Shown here piece by piece: positions 9,317 through 18,469 of a stretch of 64,000 nucleotides of DNA. This DNA comes from Candidatus Bathyarchaeia archaeon (GTDB lineage Bacteria; Patescibacteriota; Microgenomatia; PFEM01; JAFGMK01). Positions within the stretch are counted from its first letter, which is position 1, and the number at the start of each line of letters is the position of its first letter. Where the stretch lies: positions 601 to 64,600 of the forward strand of contig DATKWK010000023.1 in NCBI GenBank assembly GCA_035529595.1. The letters are read 5' to 3'. The notes below the pieces were generated by a model, which was not told where the DNA came from, did no database searches, and saw only the letters and a list, made by a program, of their open reading frames with translations. Position numbers and translations under genes: made by a program.

Positions 9317-10690
9317 TCATTCGTAAATTATAAACTCTTCCCAAGCGCTACAGTTGGAATCATTGTCGGTGGAGCAACTCTGACATTGAGTGATGAAAAT
9401 ACCATAATCGGAAATACGAAATACGGCATTGGCCGATCGTTGACCGGATGGGACATCGACTCTGGAAAAAAGCGACGGAGTACTCCAGGAATCGCTGCTT
9501 GAAAAACGGTAAAAATATCGGAAATTAAAATGATCAATCGGGGCTTTGTTATCGGTTGCTTGGCAAGTAAAAATAACCTCATCGTTAATACTTAATATGG
9601 GTTCAGGTGAAATATCCATAAAATCAGCATGAATCAAGTAGCACATCGGAAGAGGCGGCATCGGCGTCGGTGTTAGAGTCGGAGTTGGGCTTGGAGTTGG
9701 AGTAGGTGTCGGGGTTGGGGTTAGTGTCGGTGTTGGTGTAATAAGAGGAATTGTATAAGTGGTATTGCACTCCGGACTGCTTGACCAAGCATCGCCAGCG
9801 ACATGTGGATTTTTGACAGAAGCGGCAATTTGGATTGTTTGGCCGTTGGCCGGAATATCGTTAAATGTATGATAAACAGTGCAGACATATCTTTTACCTC
9901 GCGGATCGTTGTCTGTTCCGCCGTTGGCGCCTAAGATCGGCCAAATAGGATCTCCCTCAGTATTACAGCTTGAAGAATCAATTTCGCCGGAGGTTGCCGT
10001 TACTCCTCTGGAAAGATCTAACTTGAATTTTAAAGCGCTTTGAGCAGTAACGACATGGGCACAGCCCTCGCCGTGGGGATCACTGACAATGCAGCTAATC
10101 TTCTCAGTTACCGGGTAGTCGTTATAACCGCGGACAGAAATATTCAGACTGTTTTGGGAATAAGAAACATTAATTATCTGGGTACATTGATCACAGAGTG
10201 AAACATTGATTGTTTGGCCTTTATCAACATTCGGCCAGTTGGTTGAAGCTCCGGTTTCCTCATAGTATTGATTTTTGTTTAACGAAGAGCAACCGACGGA
10301 ATAAAGATTATGAACGTAAGTTGCATCATGGCCAATGATACAGGAATTTACCGGTCCGTAATTGGGTCCGCCTAAAGGCGATTTGTTTGTTCCGTCGCTT
10401 CTTCTGGTTATTGAATATAAATTGGATGAGCTTCTGCCACATTTCGCTCCCTGAGTAAAATTACCGTTACACCAATAACACCAGTCCCAATAGGCGTTTA
10501 AAGCCGGATCATAAGCATGAACAGCCGGAGGCTTTTCTTGGTTCTTAAGAAAAACAGCGCTCCAGGACAGACAAAAAAGAGCTAAAGCAAGAAATAACAA
10601 AGAACGGCCCCGATTTCTGGATTTGAGGTTGTTCATTTGGAAAATAAATGATATTGATTTAAACATAGATGACTTTTTGATGACTGTCAA
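9317..10690 (-). CDS. secreted Cys-rich protein with an internal PT linker
   Basis: 457-aa ORF with a signal peptide and a PTPTLTPTPTPTPTP linker. Confidence 0.5.
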   Translation of the reverse strand: MTVIKKSSMFKSISFIFQMNNLKSRNRGRSLLFLALALFCLSWSAVFLKNQEKPPAVHAYDPALNAYWDWCYWCNGNFTQGAKCGRSSSNLYSITRRSDGTNKSPLGGPNYGPVNSCIIGHDATYVHNLYSVGCSSLNKNQYYEETGASTNWPNVDKGQTINVSLCDQCTQIINVSYSQNSLNISVRGYNDYPVTEKISCIVSDPHGEGCAHVVTAQSALKFKLDLSRGVTATSGEIDSSSCNTEGDPIWPILGANGGTDNDPRGKRYVCTVYHTFNDIPANGQTIQIAASVKNPHVAGDAWSSSPECNTTYTIPLITPTPTLTPTPTPTPTPSPTPTLTPTPMPPLPMCYLIHADFMDISPEPILSINDEVIFTCQATDNKAPIDHFNFRYFYRFSSSDSWSTPSLFSRVDVPSGQRSANAVFRISDYGIFITQCQSCSTDNDSNCSAWEEFIIYE

Positions 10691-10782
10691 GGATGATTGA
10701 GAGTTTTAATTCTTGTCTGGAGAAGATTAGTTGATTAAACTGGCAAACTAGCGTTGATTTATGATAAAATTTTTATGATCAA

Positions 10783-10854
10783 GCCCCCATAGCTCAACGG
10801 ACAGAGCAGCCGCCTCCTAAGCGGCAGATCCCAGTTCAATTCCGGGTGGGGGCA
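10783..10854 (+). tRNA. tRNA-Arg (anticodon CCT); CCA is not encoded
   Basis: The acceptor is GCCCCCA/TGGGGGC, the D-arm is AGCTCAACGG, the anticodon loop is CTCCTAA, and the T-arm is TTCAATTCC. Confidence 0.7.
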
Positions 10855-11958
10855 CTAATGATTGCCAATTATTCTGGCGACGCCGAAGTTAAGTGAGTGG
10901 TCTGTTCCTTGAAGGCTGCCGGTTCCGGCAATTGCTCCTTGCCAGAATTCACCTCTCGGGGAGGAAAAAAGCTGATTCTCGACAGTCGGTTGGAGAATGA
11001 TCTTCAAATCAGGTTCAGCAACAGTTAGCTTGTAAGCAACCGTAACTCTTTTTCCGCTTGGCGCGGTCCATTGTGCCAAGGGTTCAAGATTAAATTCTGC
11101 AGTCTCAAATTGATTTCCGGTTTCGTCTACGAAACTAAAATATTTATCGGCAACAGAGCCGTCCTGATTGAAGGTTTGCCCAAAAACCGCTTCCGTATGA
11201 TTATCAAACTGCAACCAGAACCACTCATTTGGAGAAGACACAAAGTTGAAATTAGCCAGTTCTTGGTCGGATAAATTCAGCCACTGGTGGTCGAGCCAGG
11301 AAGTTCCGGTAACAGTATGAATGAGATGGGATTGACCTCCGATACTTAAACTACCGCTGGCCTCCTGTCGGGAAAAGGCGTAATAGTGGGCATTGATAGC
11401 CATCTCTTTGATAAATAATGGGACAAATTTATTCCTATTTACAGTTAAAGGGGGTTTTTGGTTATTAAGCATTAATTCAAAAGTCGCTAGCGGTGAATTG
11501 CAGGCAAGTTGGTAAGTGAGTGGCCCCAGCCAGTTACCGGTTAATTTAATTTGATCTTGGCTGTCTTTTCCTCTGAACTCCAGCTGGAAGTTTTCCGGAT
11601 CGTAGGTTATTTCCCCTTCAGCGAATTTTTGGACATTTGCGCCTGAGTCAATATCGGTGAGGGATAATAAAAGCAGGCCATTGGCTTGTTTGCCCAGCTT
11701 GAATAAAGTCAAGAAACCTGAATACCAAGAGATGTCTGTTTTTAGCTTAAAATTAGCCGACCAAGATTCGAGATTGCTTTCTTGGTGGAGGCCTTCGTCT
11801 TCGGGAAAGTTTATTTCTCCGTTCGTGAAGGGGTAAGCTTGCCAAGATTTAGCCCGTGGAGCGGAATACTGGCGCCGTGGTAACCAGAGGTAAACCAGGG
11901 ATAAGGTGAATGCGGCCGAAGCGAGAAAGGTGATGATCGCAAAAAGTGTTTTCTTCAT
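10855..11958 (-). CDS. secreted AttH/CrtC-like lipocalin-domain protein
   Basis: Signal peptide. The motif FPEDEGLHQESNLESW resembles the AttH FPxDHGxH...EWWY region. Confidence 0.45.
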   Translation of the reverse strand: MKKTLFAIITFLASAAFTLSLVYLWLPRRQYSAPRAKSWQAYPFTNGEINFPEDEGLHQESNLESWSANFKLKTDISWYSGFLTLFKLGKQANGLLLLSLTDIDSGANVQKFAEGEITYDPENFQLEFRGKDSQDQIKLTGNWLGPLTYQLACNSPLATFELMLNNQKPPLTVNRNKFVPLFIKEMAINAHYYAFSRQEASGSLSIGGQSHLIHTVTGTSWLDHQWLNLSDQELANFNFVSSPNEWFWLQFDNHTEAVFGQTFNQDGSVADKYFSFVDETGNQFETAEFNLEPLAQWTAPSGKRVTVAYKLTVAEPDLKIILQPTVENQLFSSPRGEFWQGAIAGTGSLQGTDHSLNFGVARIIGNH

Positions 11959-12091
11959 TTGGTCTCTCTAAAACATTATAGCAGAAGCCGGTCAAAGTCA
12001 AAAGAGTCACCGGGATATTTTTTATATGTTTGCATCGTGCTTGATAATTTAGGGACTTTAACCTGAATCGTAAATTGGGTATAATTATCTC

Positions 12092-14380
12092 TTGGTAATT
12101 CCCAAAACTTTTCGTTTAACTATGCCTATGCCGGAAATAGATTTACGACCACCGATCGGAGCTTTTGCCACGAGAGTAACTCAATTTTTCGACCAAAAAA
12201 GAGAGGAGTTAAGGGAACGACAAGAACGAAAAGAGTTGCGAAAATACCTGGATACCGGAATCGAAGTAATCCGGCAGTCTGCCTATTCGCAGGAAATACC
12301 GATTGTTGATCCGGTTACCCAAGAAATGATTATCGATAAGGAAGAGCAGGAGAGAAGCGATCAGGCTAAGCAAAATTTGGAGAAGGTTATCGCAGAAATC
12401 AGATGGCGGCCGCCGAAAGAGGCTAGCCAAACTTTCCGGCGAAAAGAATTGAGACTCGAAGATGCTTGGGAAAGGGCTTGGGTTTGGCAAATGCCGGAAC
12501 CGGTTACCGGGGCGGAAACAGGACTTCCTGAAAGGGAGAAAGCGTATTTTTTAGCCTTTGACGTTTCCGTCAGACAAACTTATTCGGCAGAAAATTTCAA
12601 GAAAGCCGGTTATTCAGCTGAGCAAGCCAAAAAGCTAGCCGCCGCAGTTGCCTTTTTTTTCGCCGCCCAAGCCGGAGTTAAGGATGTTCCTCTGACGGCA
12701 GTTGTCAGACTCGACCGACAGGCCATCGCCGAGATTGATCCGAGAATGATCGGGAATTTTGGTGATAAGCTGAGCCCGAGTTTTGATCGTTCCCGGGAAG
12801 AAGATCTGGCTCAGATTTTACGGGCCGGTTATCAGGTTTTTGCTGAAGCCTACCAGGTATTTGAGAGTGATCATGGTTGGTCAGCCGATCGCTGGGCAAT
12901 GATGGCTGAACCGGAGAAAATCAGGTTGATTTTTGAGGCAATGGGTCAAGGGACGGTAGCGATTTTCCCTTCGTCGATGGGGATTGAGGAGGGAACCGAA
13001 GACTGGCGAATCGATGAACGTAACTGTATTACTCCGCGTGATTATGCTCTTAGTTGGATGATGGTTAAAGACATCCTTGGTCTCTATTTTGATTTTCACT
13101 TGACTGAGGCTCATTCTGCCGGTGGACAAATGGTTTTTCCCGCCAGACAGGCTCTTAATCAACGTCTGTCAAAAAATGATGAGCAATTAGTTAATCTCTG
13201 TAAAAAGAAAGCGGGAAGAGCCGGGAAAGGTAATTGGAAAGTCCACTACGCCCGTTTAAGCGAAGAGGAAAAGTGGGTGCCCTCATTTGCTTGGATTATC
13301 TGTAACCCGGCTTTGCATTATTCCAATTATTGGCTTTTTCATACCGCCGCCAGCCGGGTGCTGACGGCCGCTTTAATGCTCAAAGGGAAAATTGACCTAG
13401 AAGCGATTCCGGTTCCACTTAATTTGCCTGAAAGAGAAGCCCGGGTTTACGAAGCGATTGTGGCTAATCTAGTGCCTAAGGTTGCCATCGAAGCACTCCA
13501 AGAACCGGTTACCGATCGGCTTTTAAAATATTATCTTCAATTTTCCCCGCCTCAAGTTTTATCAATTCATAAGGAAAATATTAATCGGCGGCTTAAAGTA
13601 GTTATCGCTCAGGCAAACGGTTTAGCTTACGGGGTTGACCCGAATAATTTAAGAAATAATAAGCTGTTTGTCAGACAGACCTTAAAAATGCTGACCGATT
13701 TTTCCGCCTATCAGTATGGAATTATTACCACTGCCGAGAAGGATCGTCTGGTAGATCTGAAGGCGCTTTTGGAAATTCTCTCCGGAGCCGAAGAAATGAT
13801 TACCGAAGCAGAGGAAGAATTGATTCTAATGACGTCACGGACATTGGGGATAAACGCTAGAGAGTCAATGGTTCGAACACCTATAGTTGGCTATTTTGGT
13901 GATCATGGTGATCACGACCATTACATTCCACTTGATCCTGAATACTGGAAGAACCTGCCGGCCGCCTTTTATCAACCAGTGAAGGAAATGGCCGATTTCC
14001 GAAGAAAAGTCCATCACCGGATCCCGGTTTATTGCCGTAATTGGTGGCGGTTTGATCCTTGGGTGCTGTTAACGATTGCTCTTTCTTCCGCCTCGCCGGG
14101 GAAAGAGCTGCTTGTTCCTGAGAAACGGCAGGAGTTTTGGGATCAAAATCCAGACTTTGGGGATACTGTTCTGGCTGGTTTCATGAAAAACTGGGAACTA
14201 AATCGGAAGCAGTTTGATCAATTTATAAGAGGGGAATTGCCTGAGCCTTATCCGACAGAGCTTCTTGAAGCTTACGATCAACTTTCTCGGACAATTCCGG
14301 TACCGCTTATTAATCTGGGAATAGTTCTAACCGAAAAGGCTTTATGTTTAAGAAAAAGAACCAATCAAGATGTAAGGTAA
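12092..14380 (+). CDS. large hypothetical cytoplasmic protein
   Basis: 762-aa ORF. The only notable stretch is HGDHDH. Confidence 0.5.
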   Translation: MVIPKTFRLTMPMPEIDLRPPIGAFATRVTQFFDQKREELRERQERKELRKYLDTGIEVIRQSAYSQEIPIVDPVTQEMIIDKEEQERSDQAKQNLEKVIAEIRWRPPKEASQTFRRKELRLEDAWERAWVWQMPEPVTGAETGLPEREKAYFLAFDVSVRQTYSAENFKKAGYSAEQAKKLAAAVAFFFAAQAGVKDVPLTAVVRLDRQAIAEIDPRMIGNFGDKLSPSFDRSREEDLAQILRAGYQVFAEAYQVFESDHGWSADRWAMMAEPEKIRLIFEAMGQGTVAIFPSSMGIEEGTEDWRIDERNCITPRDYALSWMMVKDILGLYFDFHLTEAHSAGGQMVFPARQALNQRLSKNDEQLVNLCKKKAGRAGKGNWKVHYARLSEEEKWVPSFAWIICNPALHYSNYWLFHTAASRVLTAALMLKGKIDLEAIPVPLNLPEREARVYEAIVANLVPKVAIEALQEPVTDRLLKYYLQFSPPQVLSIHKENINRRLKVVIAQANGLAYGVDPNNLRNNKLFVRQTLKMLTDFSAYQYGIITTAEKDRLVDLKALLEILSGAEEMITEAEEELILMTSRTLGINARESMVRTPIVGYFGDHGDHDHYIPLDPEYWKNLPAAFYQPVKEMADFRRKVHHRIPVYCRNWWRFDPWVLLTIALSSASPGKELLVPEKRQEFWDQNPDFGDTVLAGFMKNWELNRKQFDQFIRGELPEPYPTELLEAYDQLSRTIPVPLINLGIVLTEKALCLRKRTNQDVR

Positions 14381-14453
14381 GGTCTAAAAAGCAAGAAATA
14401 CTTCTTGCAGAATGCTTAAAGTTAATTTATTATAATTTTAAGTATAAATAATA

Positions 14454-16235
14454 ATGAACTTATCAGATTTAGCTAAACAAGAATCGATTGCCAATAAAAG
14501 CAATCCGGTTATCGGGACAGTACCAACTTCTTCGGATAGCCCGGTTGAGCTTGCGCCTGATTCCAGAATCGGTCCCTTTCTTTTCGGCATCGGCATAATT
14601 TTAACTATCGTGGCAATGTTTGCCGGCTCCTATTACGTTAATATATCGAAACATAATGAAACCCCTCTTAATATACCGGAAATGCCGTTGGTAACCGCTA
14701 GCCCGTCGCCGCTTGAAGAAAAGTTAACGCTAAAAGAATTTTCCCAAAGAGTCGCCTATGTCCGGGGAGGGGATATTTATCTATTTGATACTACCAAGGC
14801 GACCGAGGAAAGATTAACTGAGACTGGTTTAAACACCGATCCTAAATGGTCGCCGGATGGAAAATTTTTAGCCTGGATTGAACGAACTGAACTGAGTGAT
14901 CCGAAAAAAATACCCTTATATGAAGACGGTAAAAATATTGTTGTTTATAAATTAGAAGATAAGACTTTCAAGAAAATTCTTCCGGAACTGCCTGAACTAG
15001 AGATTCCCGGTATTCCCCCGTGGGCAGTTGATGCTAAGCGCGAATTACGCTCATTTGATTGGGCGCCTGATAGTCAGTCAATCTGTTATGCTCGAGACGG
15101 GGTCGGAGTCATTAATGTTGATGGAAGCAAGCAAAAACATTTTCTAACTAATACTCTTAGTAAACCGTTTAATGAGGACAATCCGTTTGATGTTTGTTAT
15201 GAGTATGCCGTTTACTCGCCGGATAATAAACGGATTCTGTTGAGCTGGCTTTGGGGCGAAGCAGACCGATTCGAACTAATCGATACTAACGGTCGAAATA
15301 AAAAAGAGCTACTACCCGGCAGGGCTATTTACTTCACATCTTGGTATGGTAATGATCAGATTCTAGGGGTTGGTTTGCCTCTTCATCTCGAGCCCGGTCT
15401 TTATTTGCTTAATATCAAAAATAATAAACTTACCAGTTTAAATAATAAATATATTATAGAAGTTGCTGTTGATCCGAAAAACTTACAAATAGCCATGATC
15501 CAATATTTCTTTAAAGATCAAACTAAATCAGATTCAGATCGCTATGATCTTTTTTTAAAGAGCCCTTCGAGTTCGGATTTAAAACAATTAACTGCTGATC
15601 AATTAGTCGAAGATCAACTGGCCTGGTCCGATGATGGCAGAGTTTTAGCCTATGTCACTATTGATGAACCATGGGGACAATTAGTACTTCCCGGTGATCT
15701 TTGGCTTCTTGATACGGAAACCGGCCAAAAAGTTAAAATCGCCGACGAGGCCTCTCAACCGGTTCTGAAATCACTCCCGAGAGAGTTATCAGAGGATGAC
15801 TGGCAGACTTTTGAAAAATTTGGCTTACGTTTTAATTATCCTTCTCTTTGGTCAAGTCCGAAGGCTTCTCAATCAGAAGATGAGACTACTGTTAGTTTGT
15901 ATGATGACCGTTTCAAGGTTTCCTACGGAGTCTACTATGATCAAAAGTACGGACGGAAACTGACCTTGGCCGAATATCTGAAGGAACGCGTTCCCAGCGG
16001 CTACCAGTCAGAAGAAGATTTTATTCTGCTTGGCTTTCAGGGTAAAAAGTTCAGCTATGACCAGGGAAAACAAGGTAAAAAAATCTTGATCGTTTTGCCG
16101 ATGCTTGAACCGAATAAAGAAATTCTAACGATTTCCTACACTATTTCCGGAAGCGATAACAGTGAACAGGATCTGATTGACCAGCTTCTGTCAACGCTTG
16201 AGTATATCAAAGCCCAAATCACTCCTTCGCCTTAG
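14454..16235 (+). CDS. membrane-anchored TolB-like beta-propeller protein
   Basis: N-terminal TM helix. Repeated DPKWSPDGK / YSPDNK / WSDDGR blades are typical of PD40/TolB propellers. Confidence 0.55.
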   Translation: MNLSDLAKQESIANKSNPVIGTVPTSSDSPVELAPDSRIGPFLFGIGIILTIVAMFAGSYYVNISKHNETPLNIPEMPLVTASPSPLEEKLTLKEFSQRVAYVRGGDIYLFDTTKATEERLTETGLNTDPKWSPDGKFLAWIERTELSDPKKIPLYEDGKNIVVYKLEDKTFKKILPELPELEIPGIPPWAVDAKRELRSFDWAPDSQSICYARDGVGVINVDGSKQKHFLTNTLSKPFNEDNPFDVCYEYAVYSPDNKRILLSWLWGEADRFELIDTNGRNKKELLPGRAIYFTSWYGNDQILGVGLPLHLEPGLYLLNIKNNKLTSLNNKYIIEVAVDPKNLQIAMIQYFFKDQTKSDSDRYDLFLKSPSSSDLKQLTADQLVEDQLAWSDDGRVLAYVTIDEPWGQLVLPGDLWLLDTETGQKVKIADEASQPVLKSLPRELSEDDWQTFEKFGLRFNYPSLWSSPKASQSEDETTVSLYDDRFKVSYGVYYDQKYGRKLTLAEYLKERVPSGYQSEEDFILLGFQGKKFSYDQGKQGKKILIVLPMLEPNKEILTISYTISGSDNSEQDLIDQLLSTLEYIKAQITPSP

Positions 16236-16274
16236 GGCTAATTGTCCGGAAACAAGCCGGAGAAAGTTTATTAA

Positions 16275-16640
16275 ATGAGTAGAAAAAAGCATCAGCTTTC
16301 CGCAGGGAAGATTGGCTTATTTGATCCGTATTTTATCGGTGTGATCCTGTTTGCCTTCTTTCTTACGCTTGGGCATATGTATTTTACGGTGCTCAGGCCC
16401 AGGAATGAAGCCAAAAGCAGTTCGATATTTACGCCGACGCCAACATTGACTCAGACAGCTAAAAAGCGAGTTTGCCCGGAGGCCTGGTATATCGATAAAA
16501 TGCCCGGTCCGGCTGAGGAGACGCCTCCCGTATCCCGTGAATATTTGGTAATTGACGGCCAGCGTGTAGAAGCTCGCGACTACGATCTTGCCTGGATTAG
16601 GGCTAATTGCTCCGTTAAACAGCCGGCGGTAGTGTGGTAG
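16275..16640 (+). CDS. small membrane protein
   Basis: 121-aa ORF with one TM helix. Confidence 0.4.
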   Translation: MSRKKHQLSAGKIGLFDPYFIGVILFAFFLTLGHMYFTVLRPRNEAKSSSIFTPTPTLTQTAKKRVCPEAWYIDKMPGPAEETPPVSREYLVIDGQRVEARDYDLAWIRANCSVKQPAVVW

Positions 16641-16700
16641 GGGAGATCACTTCGGCAAATGGACTTGACAATGTTTCCGAATTTCTGATATTCTGTATAT

Positions 16701-16958
16701 ATGAACGGCGAGACAGTGATTATTCGTGATCGGTACCAAATAACCATTCCTTATTCTTTGAGAAAAATGTTAACTTGGTTGGTTCCTAAAAAGGTAGTTC
16801 GGGTTAAGATTATCAATAAAGAAAAAGTCCTAATTGAACCCTATAGAGAGATTAAAGTGGATTGGCAGGAAATTTTCAGGCAGTTGACTATAATCAGAGA
16901 TTGGGGAGCAAAAACCTCTTTAAGTCAATTTATTGCCAAAGATAGGGAGTTCCACTGA
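16701..16958 (+). CDS. vapB: AbrB/SpoVT-type (VapB-like) antitoxin
   Basis: Swapped-hairpin N-terminus (ETVIIRDRYQITIPYSLRKML). Its stop overlaps the PIN gene start (ATGA). Confidence 0.55.
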   Translation: MNGETVIIRDRYQITIPYSLRKMLTWLVPKKVVRVKIINKEKVLIEPYREIKVDWQEIFRQLTIIRDWGAKTSLSQFIAKDREFH

Positions 16959-17371
16959 TGATAAAAATAGTTTTAGATACTTCTGTTATTGTGAAATGGT
17001 TTAGTCAGGAAAAAGAAGCAGACAAGGCGGAAGAATTACTTTGCGACTTGAGAGAAGAGAAAGTTCAGATTCTTTTGCCTGAATTGGTTAAATACGAATT
17101 GGCTAATGCCTTATTGAAGGGAAAGAAACTTAATTCATCTCAGGCTCAAAAAGCTTTAGCGATTTTTTACCGTTTGCCAGTCCTTTATATATCCGAATCA
17201 GAATCTTTGGCCTTTTCTTCTTACAAGATGGCTCAGGATTTAAATATAACTTACTACGATGCTTGCTTTCTCGCCTTAGCCAGAGCCGAAAAAGCAGTTT
17301 TAGTGACTGCTAATCCGAAACATCAGGCAGGAGTCAAAGGGATTAAGATTACCAAACTTCAGGATTATTGA
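16958..17371 (+). CDS. vapC: PIN-domain toxin (VapC-like)
   Basis: IVLDTSVIVKWF N-terminus and conserved acidic positions; the size (137 aa) is typical. Confidence 0.7.
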   Translation: MIKIVLDTSVIVKWFSQEKEADKAEELLCDLREEKVQILLPELVKYELANALLKGKKLNSSQAQKALAIFYRLPVLYISESESLAFSSYKMAQDLNITYYDACFLALARAEKAVLVTANPKHQAGVKGIKITKLQDY

Positions 17372-17394
17372 TATTTTCTTTCCATTATCTTTCC

Positions 17395-17437
17395 CCAAGG
17401 TGTCAATATATGTTCACCCCCGGGTGCACAGTCTACT
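17395..17437. repeat. REP-like element copy 2 (CCAAGGTGTCAATA, then a TTCACCCCCGGGTGCAC hairpin)
   Basis: Same motif family; it lies directly 3' of vapC. Confidence 0.5.
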
Positions 17438-17613
17438 TATTAAATAGCCAAAAAAAACGGACCGGCAAATGCTCTCTCCTTGTGGGTAAGGAAAATAACA
17501 AGCGGCAGGACGTTTGGACTGGACTGATCTCTGAAAAAGGGAAAGCGCTACCGGTGATAAGGTGATTTTTCATTCTTGACAACTATTATTAAAACATTTT
17601 AATTACAATAAAT

Positions 17614-17949
17614 ATGGATAAAACGGTTTTACAAATACCAGTCTCAAAAGATCTTCGGCTTAAAGCTCAGCAAGCTGCTTTTGATCTTGGTTTTTCCTCT
17701 CTTCAAGAAAGTATTCGGCTTTTTTTAAAGAAACTAGCTGACGAAACAGTAACAGTTAGTTTTCATGAAAGAGGAACGATTCAATTGTCGCCAAAAGCTG
17801 CCGTCCGTTATCGTAAAATACTTCAGGATATTAAAGAAAACAAGCATCTTTATTATGCTAAAAACATCAATGATCTTTTTAGTCAATTAGATGGAGATAC
17901 TTTACCACGCCCGGTTTCTAAAAAAATATCGAAAGAGAATTCTTCCTGA
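17614..17949 (+). CDS. RelB/DinJ-like antitoxin
   Basis: 111 aa, lying upstream of and overlapping a RelE/YafQ-like ORF. The N-terminal region is RHH-like. Confidence 0.4.
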   Translation: MDKTVLQIPVSKDLRLKAQQAAFDLGFSSLQESIRLFLKKLADETVTVSFHERGTIQLSPKAAVRYRKILQDIKENKHLYYAKNINDLFSQLDGDTLPRPVSKKISKENSS

Positions 17950-18094
17950 TAAGCGCCTCAAAAGACAGGCTAAACTCAAGTTTGATTTGTTTTCAAAAGA
18001 TCCATTTCATGAATCGTTATCTAGCCATTGCCTAAGAGGCAAAAAGATTGGTTTAAGAGCTTTTTCTGTTACTGGAGATTATCGGGTAATCTAG
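17891..18094 (+). pseudogene. RelE/YafQ-family mRNA interferase toxin, C-terminally truncated
   Basis: HESLSSHCLRGKKIGLRAFSVTGDYRVI matches the RelE/YafQ core (H.L.G....R...V..DYRII). The ORF stops immediately before MITE copy A. Confidence 0.45.
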
Positions 18095-18099
18095 AATTC

Positions 18100-18219
18100 A
18101 TTTCAAAACCTACTTTCTGTGTCATCCTGAGGGGTCGAAATTTCGGCCCCGAAGGATCTAGCGAAGCGCTTACGCTAGATTCCTCGCTCTTGCTCGGAAT
18201 GACAATGGGGTTTTGAAAT
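18100..18219. mobile_element. MITE-like palindromic element, copy A (GTCATCC...GGAATGAC, flanked by ATTTCAAAACC / GGTTTTGAAAT)
   Basis: Terminal inverted repeats with two internal hairpins. It is related to the copies at 24935 and 39801. Confidence 0.55.
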
Positions 18220-18398
18220 AGCTTCTATAAGATGCTTGATAAATCAAAAGTAATTTTTCTTGATATCGGTACTCATAATCAGGTTTATTGATTGGTTTTT
18301 TCAAAAATCTTTCCCGAATCGGCGAAGATACTTCCTCTCCAACTCAGGAAAGATCATGAAGTTTTTTCAGCTTGGGGTAGGAAAAGTCTATAAATCCA

Positions 18399-18447
18399 AA
18401 AAAAAAGCCGGACACGTCTTCCTGTGGGGGGAAGGGTGTCCGGCATC
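18399..18447 (-). terminator. Rho-independent terminator (GCCGGACACCC...GGGTGTCCGGC plus a T9 run on the minus strand)
   Basis: GC-rich stem with a T-run. It is nearly identical to the terminator at 21889..21937. Confidence 0.7.
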
Positions 18448-18469
18448 GGACTGCGGTTTCAAGAAAAGG

